A stretch of DNA of 64,000 nt from Ophelia neglecta (taxonomy: Eukaryota): contig OZ260667.1 in the NCBI GenBank assembly GCA_965285935.1, positions 52,204,001 to 52,268,000 of the forward strand, in the 5' to 3' direction. Made by a program: the position numbers and the translations under genes. The notes under the pieces were generated by a model that was not told the DNA's origin, did no database searches, and worked only from the letters and a program-made list of their open reading frames with translations. Below, one piece after another: positions 28,601-42,224 of this stretch (position 1 is its first letter; each line of letters opens with the position of its first letter).

Positions 28601-31600
28601 TCGAGCTCAAACGATTAAGTTATCACGCCAGGATTGTTATATGCAGATTAGGGAGATGGATATAGAACCTGTGTGGTGTTGATGATATTGTTGTCCATAA
28701 AAGGTTTACATAGACATTGAATTGTTCTAATTGAGAAGTTTCTGGGTTTAATGTGCTAGATTAAACCGACAACACCTACAAGTAATCTCCTTTACCAATT
28801 TTTGATCTAGGTTGATCCTAGTCAGCTGGATATCTACTGGACAGGCTTCACAGATGTGGAGACATTGGGGCCAATGGTCCACCATTCTGGAATCCATTAT
28901 TACCAATATGCTATAGGTAAGTAATGAAGAAAAACAGGTTGTTATATAGCAAATATATATTGAAATATCAAGGCGAGGATACCAGGAAAACCTAATAACA
29001 AATAATTTATACGTTTCGAAAATACCAAAACAATAATATTTATATTACCCTCAATTTGAATTTGAATGTAATAGTAGAGGGGCGAGGATTCGGATGTTGA
29101 TTTAGTTGACGGGACTCAAAGTACCAAAAAAAAGAAAATTAACATTTACTGTAGAATTCGCTGTGTGCGTCTGTATCCCGTTTAGACCATTATGACGTAT
29201 TTCCTCAGGCACTTATCCGGGAGGTGTTGATGTCCGGGGACATACAGTTGTTGGGGTCACCAATATGGCGGTCGCCCACGGACTTGCCCTCCAGTCTGGC
29301 ACTACATACTACATCACCGTTAATGGTATGTGTGCAATTTCAAATAATCCAAACCAACAGAGTATGTTCAGTACACCACCCTTTTTGTTTCTCTTTGTTA
29401 GCAGCTTCATGGATTTTACTCATTGTCAAAGAATTATATCGTACGCAATTGTTGTCATATAGATCAGTTTTAGTTTATGTACGTTACCTTGTTTTTTCAA
29501 CAACATTACAGCAAATCCTGACATATGTCTTATAACATTGTAAAGTTGAGCAATTTGAATAATAATTATGAATTTGTAAGTAAACATAAGGAAGAAAAGT
29601 CAATCTAAAAAGCATATATAAAGGGAAGAATCCACCGATTATTGGTCAGTGGCTCAAGTGAACAATATCAGCCCAACAATTACGGGTCATGAAGTAGAGG
29701 TTTAATACACAGGATAATTATTCACAGCTATCAGTAAAGGCAGTACATGATATACCAAGCCACGTAAACACTGCATGGAGAAATCATTGACATGTTCAGC
29801 TACATGACCCCAAGTATCCTTATAAGGCGTCAATTATGTTATAATAAAATAGAATTTATTGCCTACTCTTATTCCGAATATGCTTATGTCTTAGACATAT
29901 TTCATATGTCATAAATTATCTTCCCTTTTCTCAGCCACTGACTTTGCTGGTAGAAGTAGCGAAGCGTTTGGTACAGGAGTGACTATAGACACGTCCCCTC
30001 CAGTGGTAACTGGGGTGCCCATAGACACGGGGGATATGTATGTGACTGAGGCTAAACACCTTTCAGCGACATGGCACGGGACCTTCTTAGATATCGAAAC
30101 AGGTAAAAGACAGATGTGCGCATAGACACGAGTACATATTTGTGTCTGGGACAAGATAAAGCCCGCGTTTGCAATGCCGAATTTCAGTGCACATTGGTTT
30201 CCACTGAAGTATTAAGCAGGGGAAACCAAGTTTTTTTTTCACTTCCCCGTGAAATGTACCTCAAATATGGGTATTTCTGAATGGTATCTACTATATGTAA
30301 GGCAGGGGTTTGGGCATTGCGTAAGATGTACATATATTTTAGCCGTCCTCCAACACATATTAGATATAGAATACACACTTGAGGGGTAATTTGGTCCTCA
30401 CGACACACGCCTAAACCTACTGTATCTTGCATTTATTAAGGTATATGGAGGTATGGTTGGTGTATTGGAAAACAACAAAACCACTGTGATGTAGTTGGTG
30501 TCCAATATACTAATGATGAAGAAGCCAGCGAAATCGACACCTCTCTGGTTCTTGAAGATGGACAAGAGTACTACTTCACAGTTCAGGTAACGCACTCGGC
30601 GCTATTAAAACTAATGAAATTATGTTCAGTTGTCACTTGGCAAAAGTGACATGATAACTTACAACATATAATCTTATTTCACTTTATAATAGTTACACGT
30701 ATTCAAATGTTTTGGCTTTTGTTTCAAAAGGCAATCAATGGAGCAGGTCTTATTTCAATCGCCACCTCGCGGGCAATTGTAGTCGATAGCACCGCCCCAA
30801 TTGCTGGTCACGTGTACGAAACCACAGCAAATAGTAACGGGCTCGACGTGGACTATCAGGTAAGAAAAACATATCTGCTCTAAACATTTAAAACAAAAAC
30901 CTCCCGTTACCATTAAAAAATAATCAAATAACCGTTTTTCCAAAGGAACCTTGCCTTATGTTGAAGAAGTGGTTCTATTCAATTCCGTAAAATGTATCAC
31001 AGATTCAACATTATGGGAAATTTTCTTAATAGCAATGCAACTATTGGTAACTAAATCCTTTCGTTGTTCAGACCACATTGAGCCAGTTACTTTTAACGTG
31101 GGCTGGATTCCACGAGACACACACACATCTAACGGGCTATGACGTCACGGTTGGAAAGTGCCCTGATTGCGATGACATTCTCGAGGAGTCAAACGTGGGA
31201 CTCGCAACTGGTCAGATTATTCAAATAATATTGTCTGGGCAATCTAGTAAAACCAAATGCTACTCCGTCTGTTAATGGAAACGGTTATTTCAATTATAAT
31301 ATTAATTAAAACAACACCTATGTGTAATTTATGCCTTGCATTATTTTCCGAAATACTACCTTAGGGAATAAATAGCTTTAACTGGAACCCAGGAATTGTG
31401 AAATATGAGAATAATGCATGTCTGTTGATTATTAAACAGGCTTTGAAATAATTATTCCATTTGAAACAGATTTGTTCCTGGATCACTTAGAACTTGAACA
31501 AGGTCAAGTATATTACACAAAGGTCAAGGCATGCAACCCGTCTGGCTTGTGCATAACAGCGACATCAGATGGCGTTGTCCCTGACATCACTCCGCCCATT

Positions 31601-34600
31601 GTGGGACAGGTAGATGACGGTGCCACTGACGACGATATACAGTATCAATATTCACGGTATCACACTTTAACTAATTGAGAATATATTACTTGTAAAATGT
31701 ATTAGCAAGACGAATGTCTGTCTCTATTGTGACATGTACATCCCCGAATAATGAGCGGCATTTTGCTTATGCAGGTTTATTTCAATTCTGCCTTTTAGAG
31801 AAATTCTGTCAGGCCATTGGCTGAACACACATGACGTCCATGGAGGGTTGTCCCACATGACATGGTCTGCTGGCCGGACACCAGGGGGTAGTGATATACT
31901 TCCGGTTACTAGGCTTCACCTAGTGGAGAGTGCGAGCATTTATATGGACAGTCCGTTACCAATAGGAGTGAAAATCTACATAACTGTTATGGCTTTTGAC
32001 AAGGCTGGTTGGTCTCCCCTTACATGTAAACTATTGGTTCACGTTTGGAAAAGCTTGCAAAAACGTGCCAAAGAATTAACTTAGAATTATCTAGCAAGCC
32101 CTTTTTATATTTCTACGATTGTGTTCGTAAGAAATAACTTTTTTGTGTTTAAAATATTAAATATACTAAATGGAATAGAACGATAATAGCTTTATATAAC
32201 TTGTTCTTTACAGGGTTGTCGTCTCAAAAGACTTCTAATGGGTTCATTGTTGACAACACCGCACCTGAATTTATACAGAAAGTAACCTTGGACCACACTT
32301 TAGGGTCATTCTATACAAATACTTTGGTAAGCGTAGCCCGCTAATTCAAATAAGAAAAGAAAATCCTAAGAGGAAGGTTGTTCTGACCCAAATGTAATGC
32401 CGAATATGAATATATATCATTATGTACTGATGCTGAGAAGAGTTCATTTCCTATTTAGACATGGACTACATCAGTCACGGTTACATGGAACTCGAGAGAC
32501 CCGGACAGCCCCGTATTAGAGCACTATCTTTCTATTATGACTCGGGATTCAGATCATCTTCAGGTACCTACTTTGAAGGTAAGTCGTCAAATACTTTCGT
32601 TTCATGGGTCTTACAATTTGAATTAACTCATGTGCCAGACAAGGCCTATATTATCAATAAGGCTGAAAACTGGGTTTTATAAATATCGTGTCTTTCATTT
32701 TAAGCAAAAACAACCTTTTGGGTAGATACTTTCTATCTTAAGCACAAACTTCTTTAGATTATAATTTAAGTGGACCCAATGCAAATAATATTAATCAATT
32801 TCAGTCTAAATTGCTCAAATTATTATCGAAACATTTTATTTCTTACAGTACAAGCAGAATAATAATATGTGACAATAACACTTTTAAACTAATGTCCAGG
32901 TCCTTGGTGATTTAACAACTTACACCTTCACCAACGTGAGCCTATCGGATGGAGAAATGTATTTCGTCAAAGTTATCACGTGCAACGCCGCCAAAATATG
33001 TACTACTTCAGTCTCCGATGGTATTCTGGTAAAGATTTTTATTTATTAATCTACTACATTTCAAAAGTTAACATGACGCAGTTCCGTAAAAGAGAAAGCA
33101 CTCGTATTCCGAGAGTAACGTTCCTTTCAATGGTCTGATTACACCAACAATCATTGCTTGGAATGTTGACCAATATTCATTCACTTTTATTTTATTGTCT
33201 CCTTTCTGAATTCCCTTAGGTTGACAATAGTCCGCCTACTTCCGGTGCATTCGCAGTCGGAACAGACCATGCTGCGGATCTGACACGTCACAGAGATAAT
33301 TGGATGACGTATGATAATACAGGCCAATCACCGGTGGCCAAGCTGGCGTGGCTTGGGTTTTCGGACGGTCATAGCGATATTTTAACTTATCATGTGACTA
33401 TAGGGACCACATATTCTGGATCAGACTTGGCAGGGGTAAAGACAGACATTCTATATTTCTTTTAAACTTATACTGCTATTCTTAACGCCAGCACTGTTGT
33501 ATCAATCACCAAAATACCGTCAAATATGAAGCAACATCTTATTCCGCATCCGGGGAATTGCTTCATATCTTGAATCTCTCGTAGTATTGTTGTTAATTGT
33601 GACAACATATGTTCAATCCAATTAAAGGCTCCGACCCCGGTGAATGTGAGCCCAAAGGCTTTTGATTCCCATGAAGATGAGGGTTATATACAAACAAGCA
33701 CTATAGTGTTATCAGCGAACCTACAGGAAAACGTTGACATTTATGTCTCCATATGGGCAGAAAACAATGTACGTAATAAAGAAAATAGGCAAAATGATCT
33801 AGAAACAAATAGAGCGATATATACATGCATGATACTTTTAAAATGTATGTTTATAAACTGAAGTGTGGTGTTCACAGGTCGGTCTTGTCAGCGAAAGAGT
33901 GCATGGAACATTTGTTGCGATCCCGTCAAGCCCTGGGAAAGGATCACTTGACCTGAAAAGACGGTGTGATGTTATTTCCTGTAAAGGTCATTGCTCATGC
34001 GCTGATAAAGCACATATATGTGACGATTTCAACACTTGTTCTGACGTCACCGGTATGTTTATTCCAGATTAACATCAGTCGACCCTTCTGATTAAAATGT
34101 GTAAAACAAAATCTGATATAAGGGAAGAGACTGTCTTTTAACATACATTTCACATATACCATTTGTTGATCTATAAGGGTTGGCAGGATACCAGAGCCTG
34201 ACTGTGAAGGACGTTATAAATTATGTGGTGGATCCTGCCCAGCCGTCTAGTTTAGATGTGGACTTTACCCGCTCCCAATGTGCTCTAGCCGCTGTTTGGA
34301 CCTTAAACTCTGGAATTGGGGGCGCAAAGCCTGTTAGTGATTTCTAAAATAGATTTATATTATAAAATAACAAATGAATGATAAAATAGCTCTGTTATTT
34401 CTGTCATAGAACATATTTTCGTTTGACGCTGCCGAGCCTGTGTGAAACCCATTATAGAAATAACATTTGGGAATATATATCTGATCAAGTTTGGAAATGC
34501 TATAATTAGCTACGGTACGAATGGAGTGCGGGTATCTCGGGAGAAGATCCTGGGAGTGGCCTATTTGATGTACTACAAGAGTCGGTGTGGAAAGAAGTTG

Positions 34601-37600
34601 GCCATCAGGACAGGGCAATTTACACCACACGAGGTAGCAAGCTGCCAGGTACGATAATAATACTTTATGTCTGACGATGATCGCATAACATCGGTCCATC
34701 GATTTATTTATCTTAATAGTAACTGTTTCCTTTATTCAGTTACTGTAGCTGCTAAAGATAGAACAGAGTCCCAAATCTACTCACATACATTTCCATTTTA
34801 TATTGACACAGTGGTTAGTAAAACAGGACGTTATACTAAGTGTTTTCTTGTGATCTTCTTCTGTAGATGCTGAGATATCACCCCACGCCAACTATACATT
34901 TTATGTCCGGGCCTGGTATGACAGCAATAAATACGCCATTTACCAATCTGATGGAGTGAGCGCAGACGCACTAGCTCCGGAAATATCAAGGTCATACAAG
35001 GTCATGGAGGTCAAAGACACAGCGTCAACTGGCGACGTTGATTACGTTACGTCTACGTCAGCGTTATACGCCAGATGGCAGTATGTGTTTAGGGACTCTA
35101 ACGCTGACATTGTGACTTACAAGGCAAGCGTTGGGACCTTTCCAGGGGGCGCTGATGTGGCAACAAAAGAGCTAGACGGGACTATGTATACTACTAGGTT
35201 TGATGTAACACTGGAAGAAGGCATGAAGTACTTCGTCACCATTACGGCTGTCAACCAAGCTGGGCTTTATAACACCGCCGTTTCTGATGGCGTCGTGGTA
35301 AGTCTGAGTTCTCTGTCCGGTATTTGTTGATGAGTACATTTTGCCTTTAATACACAATTGGTTTCATTTCAAAGATCAATTTCTGGTTGGTGTATGTTAA
35401 GGATTTTACTACTCGGCTTAATTGTGTAGAACCTCATCCTTATAGTGGTAGGCTCTTTATACTAATCATGACCTATTTATGGTAAATGTCTAAATAGTTA
35501 CTATGCTTCTCAGGTTGATCTCACAGCGCCTGTAACGGGAATTGTGAGAGACGGTGGGCTGTTAACAGATATTGATTTCATCGCCGGTATTCCCTTGAAC
35601 TCGGGCTCGCCATTCCGTCTCCTTGTGTCATGGCATGGTTTCTTTGACGACGTGAGCGGAATTGACTTTTATACAATATGTGTCGGTAGAAATCCTGAAG
35701 GATCAGATGTCGTCGCTTGCCTCGACGTCGGGCTGCATACAAAATACAGCCTGGACATTCCACAGTTGCTTTCAGGTACATCATCACTGTTTAATACAAC
35801 TGAAAAATGGAAATGGAGCAGAATCTTCATAACAAATGTATATCTTTAAATTCGAAAATTGTAATACATATTTGTTTGTACTAAGATCACCCTAATTTTT
35901 GAAATCAATGATAAAGAGGTAGAACATGAATATATTTCGCTGTTTAGAGAAAGTTTTAATTTTGCGGTAAGCTGATACTCAACTATTTGCATAGCTAATG
36001 AAAAGATTCGTTTTTGGCTTTACAACCATGATGCTTAAAATGCCGAAATATATAGATCAATGAGCGACCTCGCAATCGGTCGATAAACCGGGATATATGA
36101 ATTATTGTCTTTGAAAACGGCTTTTAGTTCTTGATTTATTTGTAGCAATTAAACAAATATTTATTGATTTCGTTTTGTCCGAAAGGTGTTCTCTCCCTTT
36201 TTGTAAACATTATGAAAAATTGTCTAAAACATAACCTACTACGATTAATTTCGCTTTTCTTCAGGCACCCGAGTTTACACGACGGTGTATGCAACAGATG
36301 CCGCTGGACTCCGCAGCCCACCAGCGACATCTGACGGGGTCTTGGTCGATTATACCCCCCCGCAACCTGTCCAGCGATTCCAGTTTGGAGCCAACCTAAT
36401 TAGAAATCCCTCCTTTGAGGCTGGGTCTTTTCAAGAAGGGCGATACACGTACGTTCTAAACCTAACTGCGTGTTTATTGTAGTAAAAATTCTCACCTTCT
36501 GTCGTGCTGTATAAAGTGAATATATTTAAAACTTGTCAAACATTTCTGTTGTCCGTTTAGTCTAGTGCCACCTGATTGGTCAGGATCTGGTCAGGTGACA
36601 TTGTACAAGAACACATCCGGTATAGCTTACCACAATACCAACTATGTGGAGTTGGAGGACGGCTATATAAGGCAGTCCATCACCACAACCCCGGGAACTA
36701 AATACCGCCTTACTTTGTTTGCGGCGGGGTTGGAAGGCAGAGATGATCATTATGCCAACCCAATGGGATATGTCAGTCTACCTGGCAACCATCAGCAGTT
36801 CATTTTGGCGCCCAAACCTACTGGAAGTCAACAAAACAATGCAGCTTGGGGAAAGCATATTTTCTTCTTTGTAGCTGAAGGTGTCAGCACGTGGGTAAAG
36901 ATTGGAAGCAATGGTCGTAGAAACGCATTAAGCCTCGATGATATACTGGTTGTAGAAATGCAAGACGGTGAAAGAAGTGGACAGCCAGATCCACAACATC
37001 CTAGGGCTGACGATATGCAACCAATACACTTTCATGTTTCCGCTCTCGGAAGTTACGTCACCATCAGTGCATCCTGGGACGTAATTGACCCAGAGAGCCC
37101 TGTTGTCAGAAACTCGTGGGCTATTGGAACTGTGCATGGTAAGTACGCTAATATATGTTCAGACGTTATGGTGTGTGAAAAAGCAAACGTTTCTTCCGGC
37201 TTAAACGTAAACTTCGCCATTGCTTGACCAGTTCTTTACCCTCATACGTTTCAGGCGGAACTCAAATCAATTCGTTTGAGTCACTTGGCCGCAGGACGCA
37301 TGGACGCAAGGAGTTGGTATCTGTACCGCATGGAACCACTATTTACGTAACTGTTGTCATAGAAAATGCTGCTGATTTGAAAACTATTATCTACTCTGAT
37401 CCTATCCTATTAGATTTGACACCACCTGTCGTCTGCTGCCTTCAGGTAACCATGTAATATATAATGATATAAACTTTACGTTTCGTAGCTGCTCCTTGAT
37501 GTTTGGAAAAATGCAATAGTTAATATGTCCTCACTGAAATAATATCAAATGTACGCTTCTAATTGCATTTTCGTAATTAGGCGCTATTTCCAACCTTTTT

Positions 37601-40371
37601 GCGTAACTAATTCAAATTTAATATTATTCCCGACCTACAGACGTGTCAAACTCCTTTTGTTGCTTTATGTTTACATTCATTTCGTTATCATGTCAAGGAT
37701 TCAAGCGGGATACCAATCCGGTTTATAACATCTAGTACAGTGTATGTGAACTGGAACGCCACTGATGTGGAACAAGGAGTGGAGAAATGCGAAATTTCTA
37801 TAGGTATGCCAATCTTTTGATCATATATTCAATCCAGCTTACATGCATATAAACCCCAACTTTCCATTATGTTTCCCATAGAAAGGAACGATGTAGCACA
37901 GCCTTACCCAGGCGAATAATTGTGAATAATTTCAATGCTTTCCCTTGTGTTAATTTGACTAAATCTGATAGTGGGACTTGCGCATTATGCTTTGTTCTTT
38001 ATCATACTTCCATAATTTATCCAGGGGAAAGTCCTGGATCACAGGAACTGGTCTCGTGGCAGAGAAGTATGCAGAAGGAAAACACTCGGATCACTTTTGA
38101 GGAAAATGATTTACGGCTGCTTAGCACTTTATACATATCTCTTCGGTGTGTTAACTACGGCGGCCTGTATGCCTACTATCACTCTGACCCAATTCACGTC
38201 ATAATGACGTCACCGGATACGTCATCGGGCTATATAAACGTTATTACCAAATCAGAAACGTTATACCAAGCGCGTGATAAACACCAGGCAGACACAAACA
38301 CTGTTTGTGTAGGTTGGGGTGGCTTAGGGCATCATCCAGGAATAAGTCACTACCAGGTAGGTGCAACAGTCTACATACGTTACAGGCATACTTTATAAAT
38401 TAAAAAAGCGGTATATAAGGTTATTACACAATTCAAACGAGTGTCTTGACATTTGGATAGTATGTTTTAAATACAGTCTTATTTAGGTCATTTCTTTTAA
38501 GACAAATACAACCAATCTAAAATTAAAGGAGTGTCCTAGTTCAATTGCCATTATTTCATAATTGCCAGTGACGTGTCGAGCCGTCATTGGTAGAACAGGT
38601 CAATAAGAGTCATCATCAGATACCTGCTGATTTGTCAACACGAACATGACGCTCAAGTTGGTGAGCTACGTCACACACAGTAACGTAGCTCTGTGTATAC
38701 GACTTTTGAAGCAGGGGAAACCCCACCGTTAGTGCTGCTCCAATGTTGATATAGCCCGATAAAATGATATCTGCGTTCAGTCGCATTATCTGATTATGCC
38801 AGGAAAATATATTAAGGATCTCAAATGCCAAACTTTTCTCAAAGCAAATTATTATGTAGAATACCGTGCGCAACAGAGACCACTAAGGCTGACTAAGCCT
38901 TTGATACGACCCCTGTGCAAACCTCTATGGACTGTTTACTGCCTCTGCTTTTATTCTGCACACTCCCTACTTCAATATGAATGATCAAGTAGGGCTTTAA
39001 CACTAGTCAAAAATACCCCACTCACTAGGAACATTATGCGTAATGCTTTTATATGTACCCAATGAAAAAAAAAGTAGGATTCGTCACTATGTGAAAACGT
39101 CATTCTCCTATAAATTTATGTTGGTTGTAATGGGCATAAAAAACAATTCTATCGCATGTTATTAGGAAACGATTGGATATTTGCTTCTCAATTAGTATAT
39201 ATTTACCTGCATTCTGAGCCATATTCGTAGATAACTAGATTGGTTTATCGAAACAATACGCGTCCAATGTCTCGACTACTTCAGGTAATGGTACAAGAAC
39301 CAGGCTCGGGAGCTGTAATCGTCCCATGGCGAGATATTGAGTCTACAACGATAAGCTACAGTAGACTAACAGGCCTACAGATGACGTCATACAACCAATA
39401 CCAGGTGTTGTTGCGGACTGTAAATGTTGCCGGGCTCCAAAGTGCCAGCATAGCAGCAAACTTTACAGTAGAAACGGAAATTCCTGGACTGACAGGTACT
39501 GGTTTTCACTACTGATACATCGGTCAGCGCAACAATGTTTTATAGCATAATGCATTTTCATTGCCAAACACAAACAACACATTTAGTGCGTGTATAACCA
39601 ACATATATATAATTGGACACAGTGAGTGTTCGAAACAACTCATCAGCATCAAACATTTACCCTATTTATGCCCAGCAATTAAATATTTTCACCGGCTTTC
39701 AATAGAATATTTATGTATACCAGGAAAGCACACATTTTTAATTTAATTTAATAAAAGGGCATTAACAGAGCATGAATTTATACATTTTAAACACTTGAAT
39801 ATAATTTCACTTTAAGGCCAGTCGCCAACCAGTCACTGGATAAATGAATGGACCTTAGTGTTGGACTGGGTTAATGTCTTCAGCAGCTTGTCTGAACTAC
39901 AGTATGAAGTCACAATAGGTGGGTTAATGTTGAATCCGTTGTGAAGTTTATAATTAACCATATATAACGAGGATATTTGTAAAGTATTGGTAATAGTCTG
40001 TATAAAAAATAAGATGTTATTAAATAAGAGCACCCGCAATCGGTAGTCGAATATATTACTGAGTATAAGAGATAGCTATGTAAGTTATGTAAACAAAATA
40101 GAAGAAACTGCCATGCAAATGAAACATGTTCTGAATTATATATTAACCACCTAAATATATGTCACTCGTATAAGCACACTCGTTATTATTTTGGTTCCTA
40201 GGAACGAAGACAGGAGGCCTTGATGTTCTCTCCTGGACGGAATCCAAAGGAACTGAAATGAAAATCACAGGCGTAGACAGCAGTAAAAAACATTATATAA
40301 ACCTGACAGCCATCAATAAAGCTGGGCTTTATCAAACAATCTCATTCACAACTACATATTCAAAATCATAA
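10555..40371 (+). CDS. Paralogue B: giant secreted protein of about 3,400 aa (signal peptide - VWA - EGF-like - many FN3-like repeats - DUF642/CBM-like - FN3-like), about 54 exons
   Basis: Exons (later ones approximate): 10555-10633 (SP), 16198-16414 and 16721-17112 (VWA), 17956-18066, 18645-18784, 18917-19034, 19208-19334, 19606-19822, 20072-20261, 20461-20660, 20856-21116, 21400-21608, 21715-21835, 22325-22513, 22782-22988, 23186-23460, 23612-23744, 23938-24153, 24355-24526, 24838-25121, 25297-25495, about 18 further exons between 25720 and 33030, then 15 exons 33220-40371 matching paralogue A. Stop TAA at 40369-40371. Phases were compatible and no in-frame stop was seen in the exons I translated. 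Summed exon length is about 10.3 kb. Confidence 0.8.
12360..12702. repeat. Two-copy tandem direct repeat, unit about 180 bp, in intron 1 of gene B
   Basis: catgtaagtcgcaccagtgacta...ttcaagtca (12360-12538) is repeated as catgcaagtcgcaccagtgacta...ttcaagtca (12539-12702). Confidence 0.85.
16198..17112 (+). CDS. von Willebrand factor A (VWA) domain, two exons, N-terminal head of gene B
   Basis: DLVFLLDTSGSI (MIDAS DxSxS), RVGVVLFS, GLTNTADGL (MIDAS T), VVIIVTDGQPN (MIDAS D) and VFVVGI. Flanked by Cys at both ends. The module begins and ends in phase 1. Confidence 0.92.
17956..18066 (+). CDS. EGF-like exon, first exon of the shared scaffold (homologue at 49188-49298)
   Basis: EVCSWRPDSSYCYPGLCPGTPSSCNCAPGFSGINCMT has six Cys and the CxC-x-PGF-x-G-x-x-C pattern. 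Phase 1-1. Confidence 0.85.
22068..22248. mobile_element. MITE with Tc1/mariner-pogo-type ends in an intron of gene B
   Basis: Right end gacaggtttcactgta (reverse complement tacagtgaaacctgtc), degenerate left end taccagaaaacctttgt, and internal repeated ggtcac motifs. Confidence 0.6.
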
Positions 40372-40390
40372 CTTCCTGTTGAAATGAGTC
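33195..40390 (+). repeat. Paralogous copy of window positions 1-7190 (exons and introns)
   Basis: Position 1 aligns to 33195 (ttgtctcctttctgaattcccttagg...). The two are colinear to the stop codon with small indels. Confidence 0.97.
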
Positions 40391-41469
40391 ACGTTGCTTG
40401 CTGTAATATTGCTAAACGTGTGATGATTCACCAAAAATATATAAAGACCAAAGATAATATGGTTTGCATGACAAAAGTAAAGGTCTCACTAATAGAATGA
40501 CCATCTATGTATATCCCAGTATATATATTTTTAAATTACTGTTTAATATTATATTCTATATTATTATTTAGATTATCAAGCTACGGCTGTTTTGCTTCTA
40601 AAATACGCTGACTTCACCAAGCTATCCCATGATAGACCACCAGTAAACAGATAACAATAAAACACCTCCAAACTTTTCATCTTATATGGATCATTTTATT
40701 CAGGGATAAACATGCATACTTCCTAACACTATAATCATGTAATTACCAGAGGACATTGTACATTATGGCCGCCCGGAAGGAAGCAATAACATTTGTAAAT
40801 TAGTTCATAATCCAACAATTGAATGATAGCAATGTAGTTAGTATAAAAACTACCAAGAACCTGGTGCCGATTTTGCACTGTCATACAATGTTAGATATGT
40901 ATTAGTATGCCTTTAATGTGTTCTATCACTTGACACATTGGAAGCTCACTAAAACCATCATCCACCATTCTGTGTTTCCTATTCCTATCACCAGTCTTAA
41001 TAATTAATTGTAGACTTGTGCAAACACTCCTGGGCAGGTAACTTTTAAAGAGTCTTTTTCCCTGAACAGGACGTTATATATACGACGGAATAAGTCATCG
41101 CTTGACGGCACATTCTTCATTGCGTCCAATGACAAAAATGTCCAGACGATGCTAGAATATTGGTAGTACCGTAATTCTGAGTAATTGGTGACATTTAACA
41201 TTATGGAAAATCATTATGCTCACTACCTTCTTCATAAACGTTCATACGACTTCCTATTGCTTAAGCTATCTGGATATCGTTCTTTGATTTATGATTTTTT
41301 TTATGAATATGATTACTTGTTGTTTGCTGAAGGTTAAGAAGTTGCACATAGAGAGAAAAAATGTATTCCTCATATATGTATATTGATGATTTATTATTTG
41401 TTTAATAACATATAATTCAGGAAAAATTTATACATCATTTTTAGAACTTGAAGATACCACTGACAACTT

Positions 41470-41780
41470 TTTTAGTTCACGGCTTTTTAACAAAAGAGGC
41501 GATTTGGATTTTTCATTAGGCAACTTCTAATTCCTTGATAGCAATATTCCTATGTTCCTAGAATATGGGTTGAGGCTCCTGGCCTGTTCAAAAGCTTGTC
41601 TTTTCTGCCTGATTTTAATATGTCACACGTAGCCCTGGGTTAAGAATTACTGATCCAGGGATACTTAATCTGCAGGTTAAAACGGGCATTATTCAATTCA
41701 TGGAAAACATTCCACCAATTTATCTATATACAATTCTCGCATTAAAGACTTGTGGAAACCAATTAAGGATTTCGTCAGAC
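41470..41780 (+). mobile_element. Degraded retroelement RT C-terminal fragment, probably Penelope-like
   Basis: Reads NKRGDLDFSLGNF*FLDSNIP..EYG...SKAC...DF......ELLIQGY...LKR. This resembles the DKRDDFNFxIVNFPFLxSNIP..AYG...RAC..DF...KLLxQGY motif common in invertebrate retroelements. The clade assignment is from memory. Confidence 0.55.
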
Positions 41781-41947
41781 ACGAGGAGGTAAAATACGAT
41801 CGACGAGTCTCCTTTAGACTGTTCGTGTGTCTGTTCTAGTTTCCATTGTTTTAACACCCATGCAGTAAAACACTTAATGATTTGAGTGGTCAGTGCCACC
41901 CATCCTAGCTCTAGTGCATCTGCTTCTTACCAATATGATATCGTATG

Positions 41948-42173
41948 GGCTTTGTGTTAACTGCGAAAGCGAAAGTTTCGGCGAAAGCCGCATGGCCTCT
42001 TAAATTGAGCTAATATGAACACAATAATAACCCTACCCTTACCCATTTATATCAAAAAACAAAATGGAGACGTCTTGGGTTAGGGTTGGGTTATAAAATA
42101 TTTGATATTTTAGATTATTGTGTCACCAGTGCTGCTATCGCACAGCTTTCGATTTCGCCGTTAACACAAAGCC
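41948..42173. mobile_element. MITE or fold-back element with 28-bp terminal inverted repeats and internal telomere-like motifs
   Basis: Left ggctttgtgttaactgcgaaagcgaaag versus the reverse complement of the right end, ggctttgtgttaacggcgaaatcgaaag (2 mismatches). Internal taaccctacccttaccc faces gggttagggttggg. Confidence 0.75.
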
Positions 42174-42224
42174 TGTCGTTTGTTGCAGAGGTTTCACTTT
42201 AGAATGGTAATATATTTCATTATT

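Noticed and set aside
38568-38790. GC-richer intronic block (also 5396-5560) as a lost exon, with a gagctacgt/acgtagctc hairpin partly deleted in A
   Set aside because: It has stops in the frames I read, and the flanking exons splice directly in phase 0. There is no evidence of function beyond a roughly 55-bp indel.
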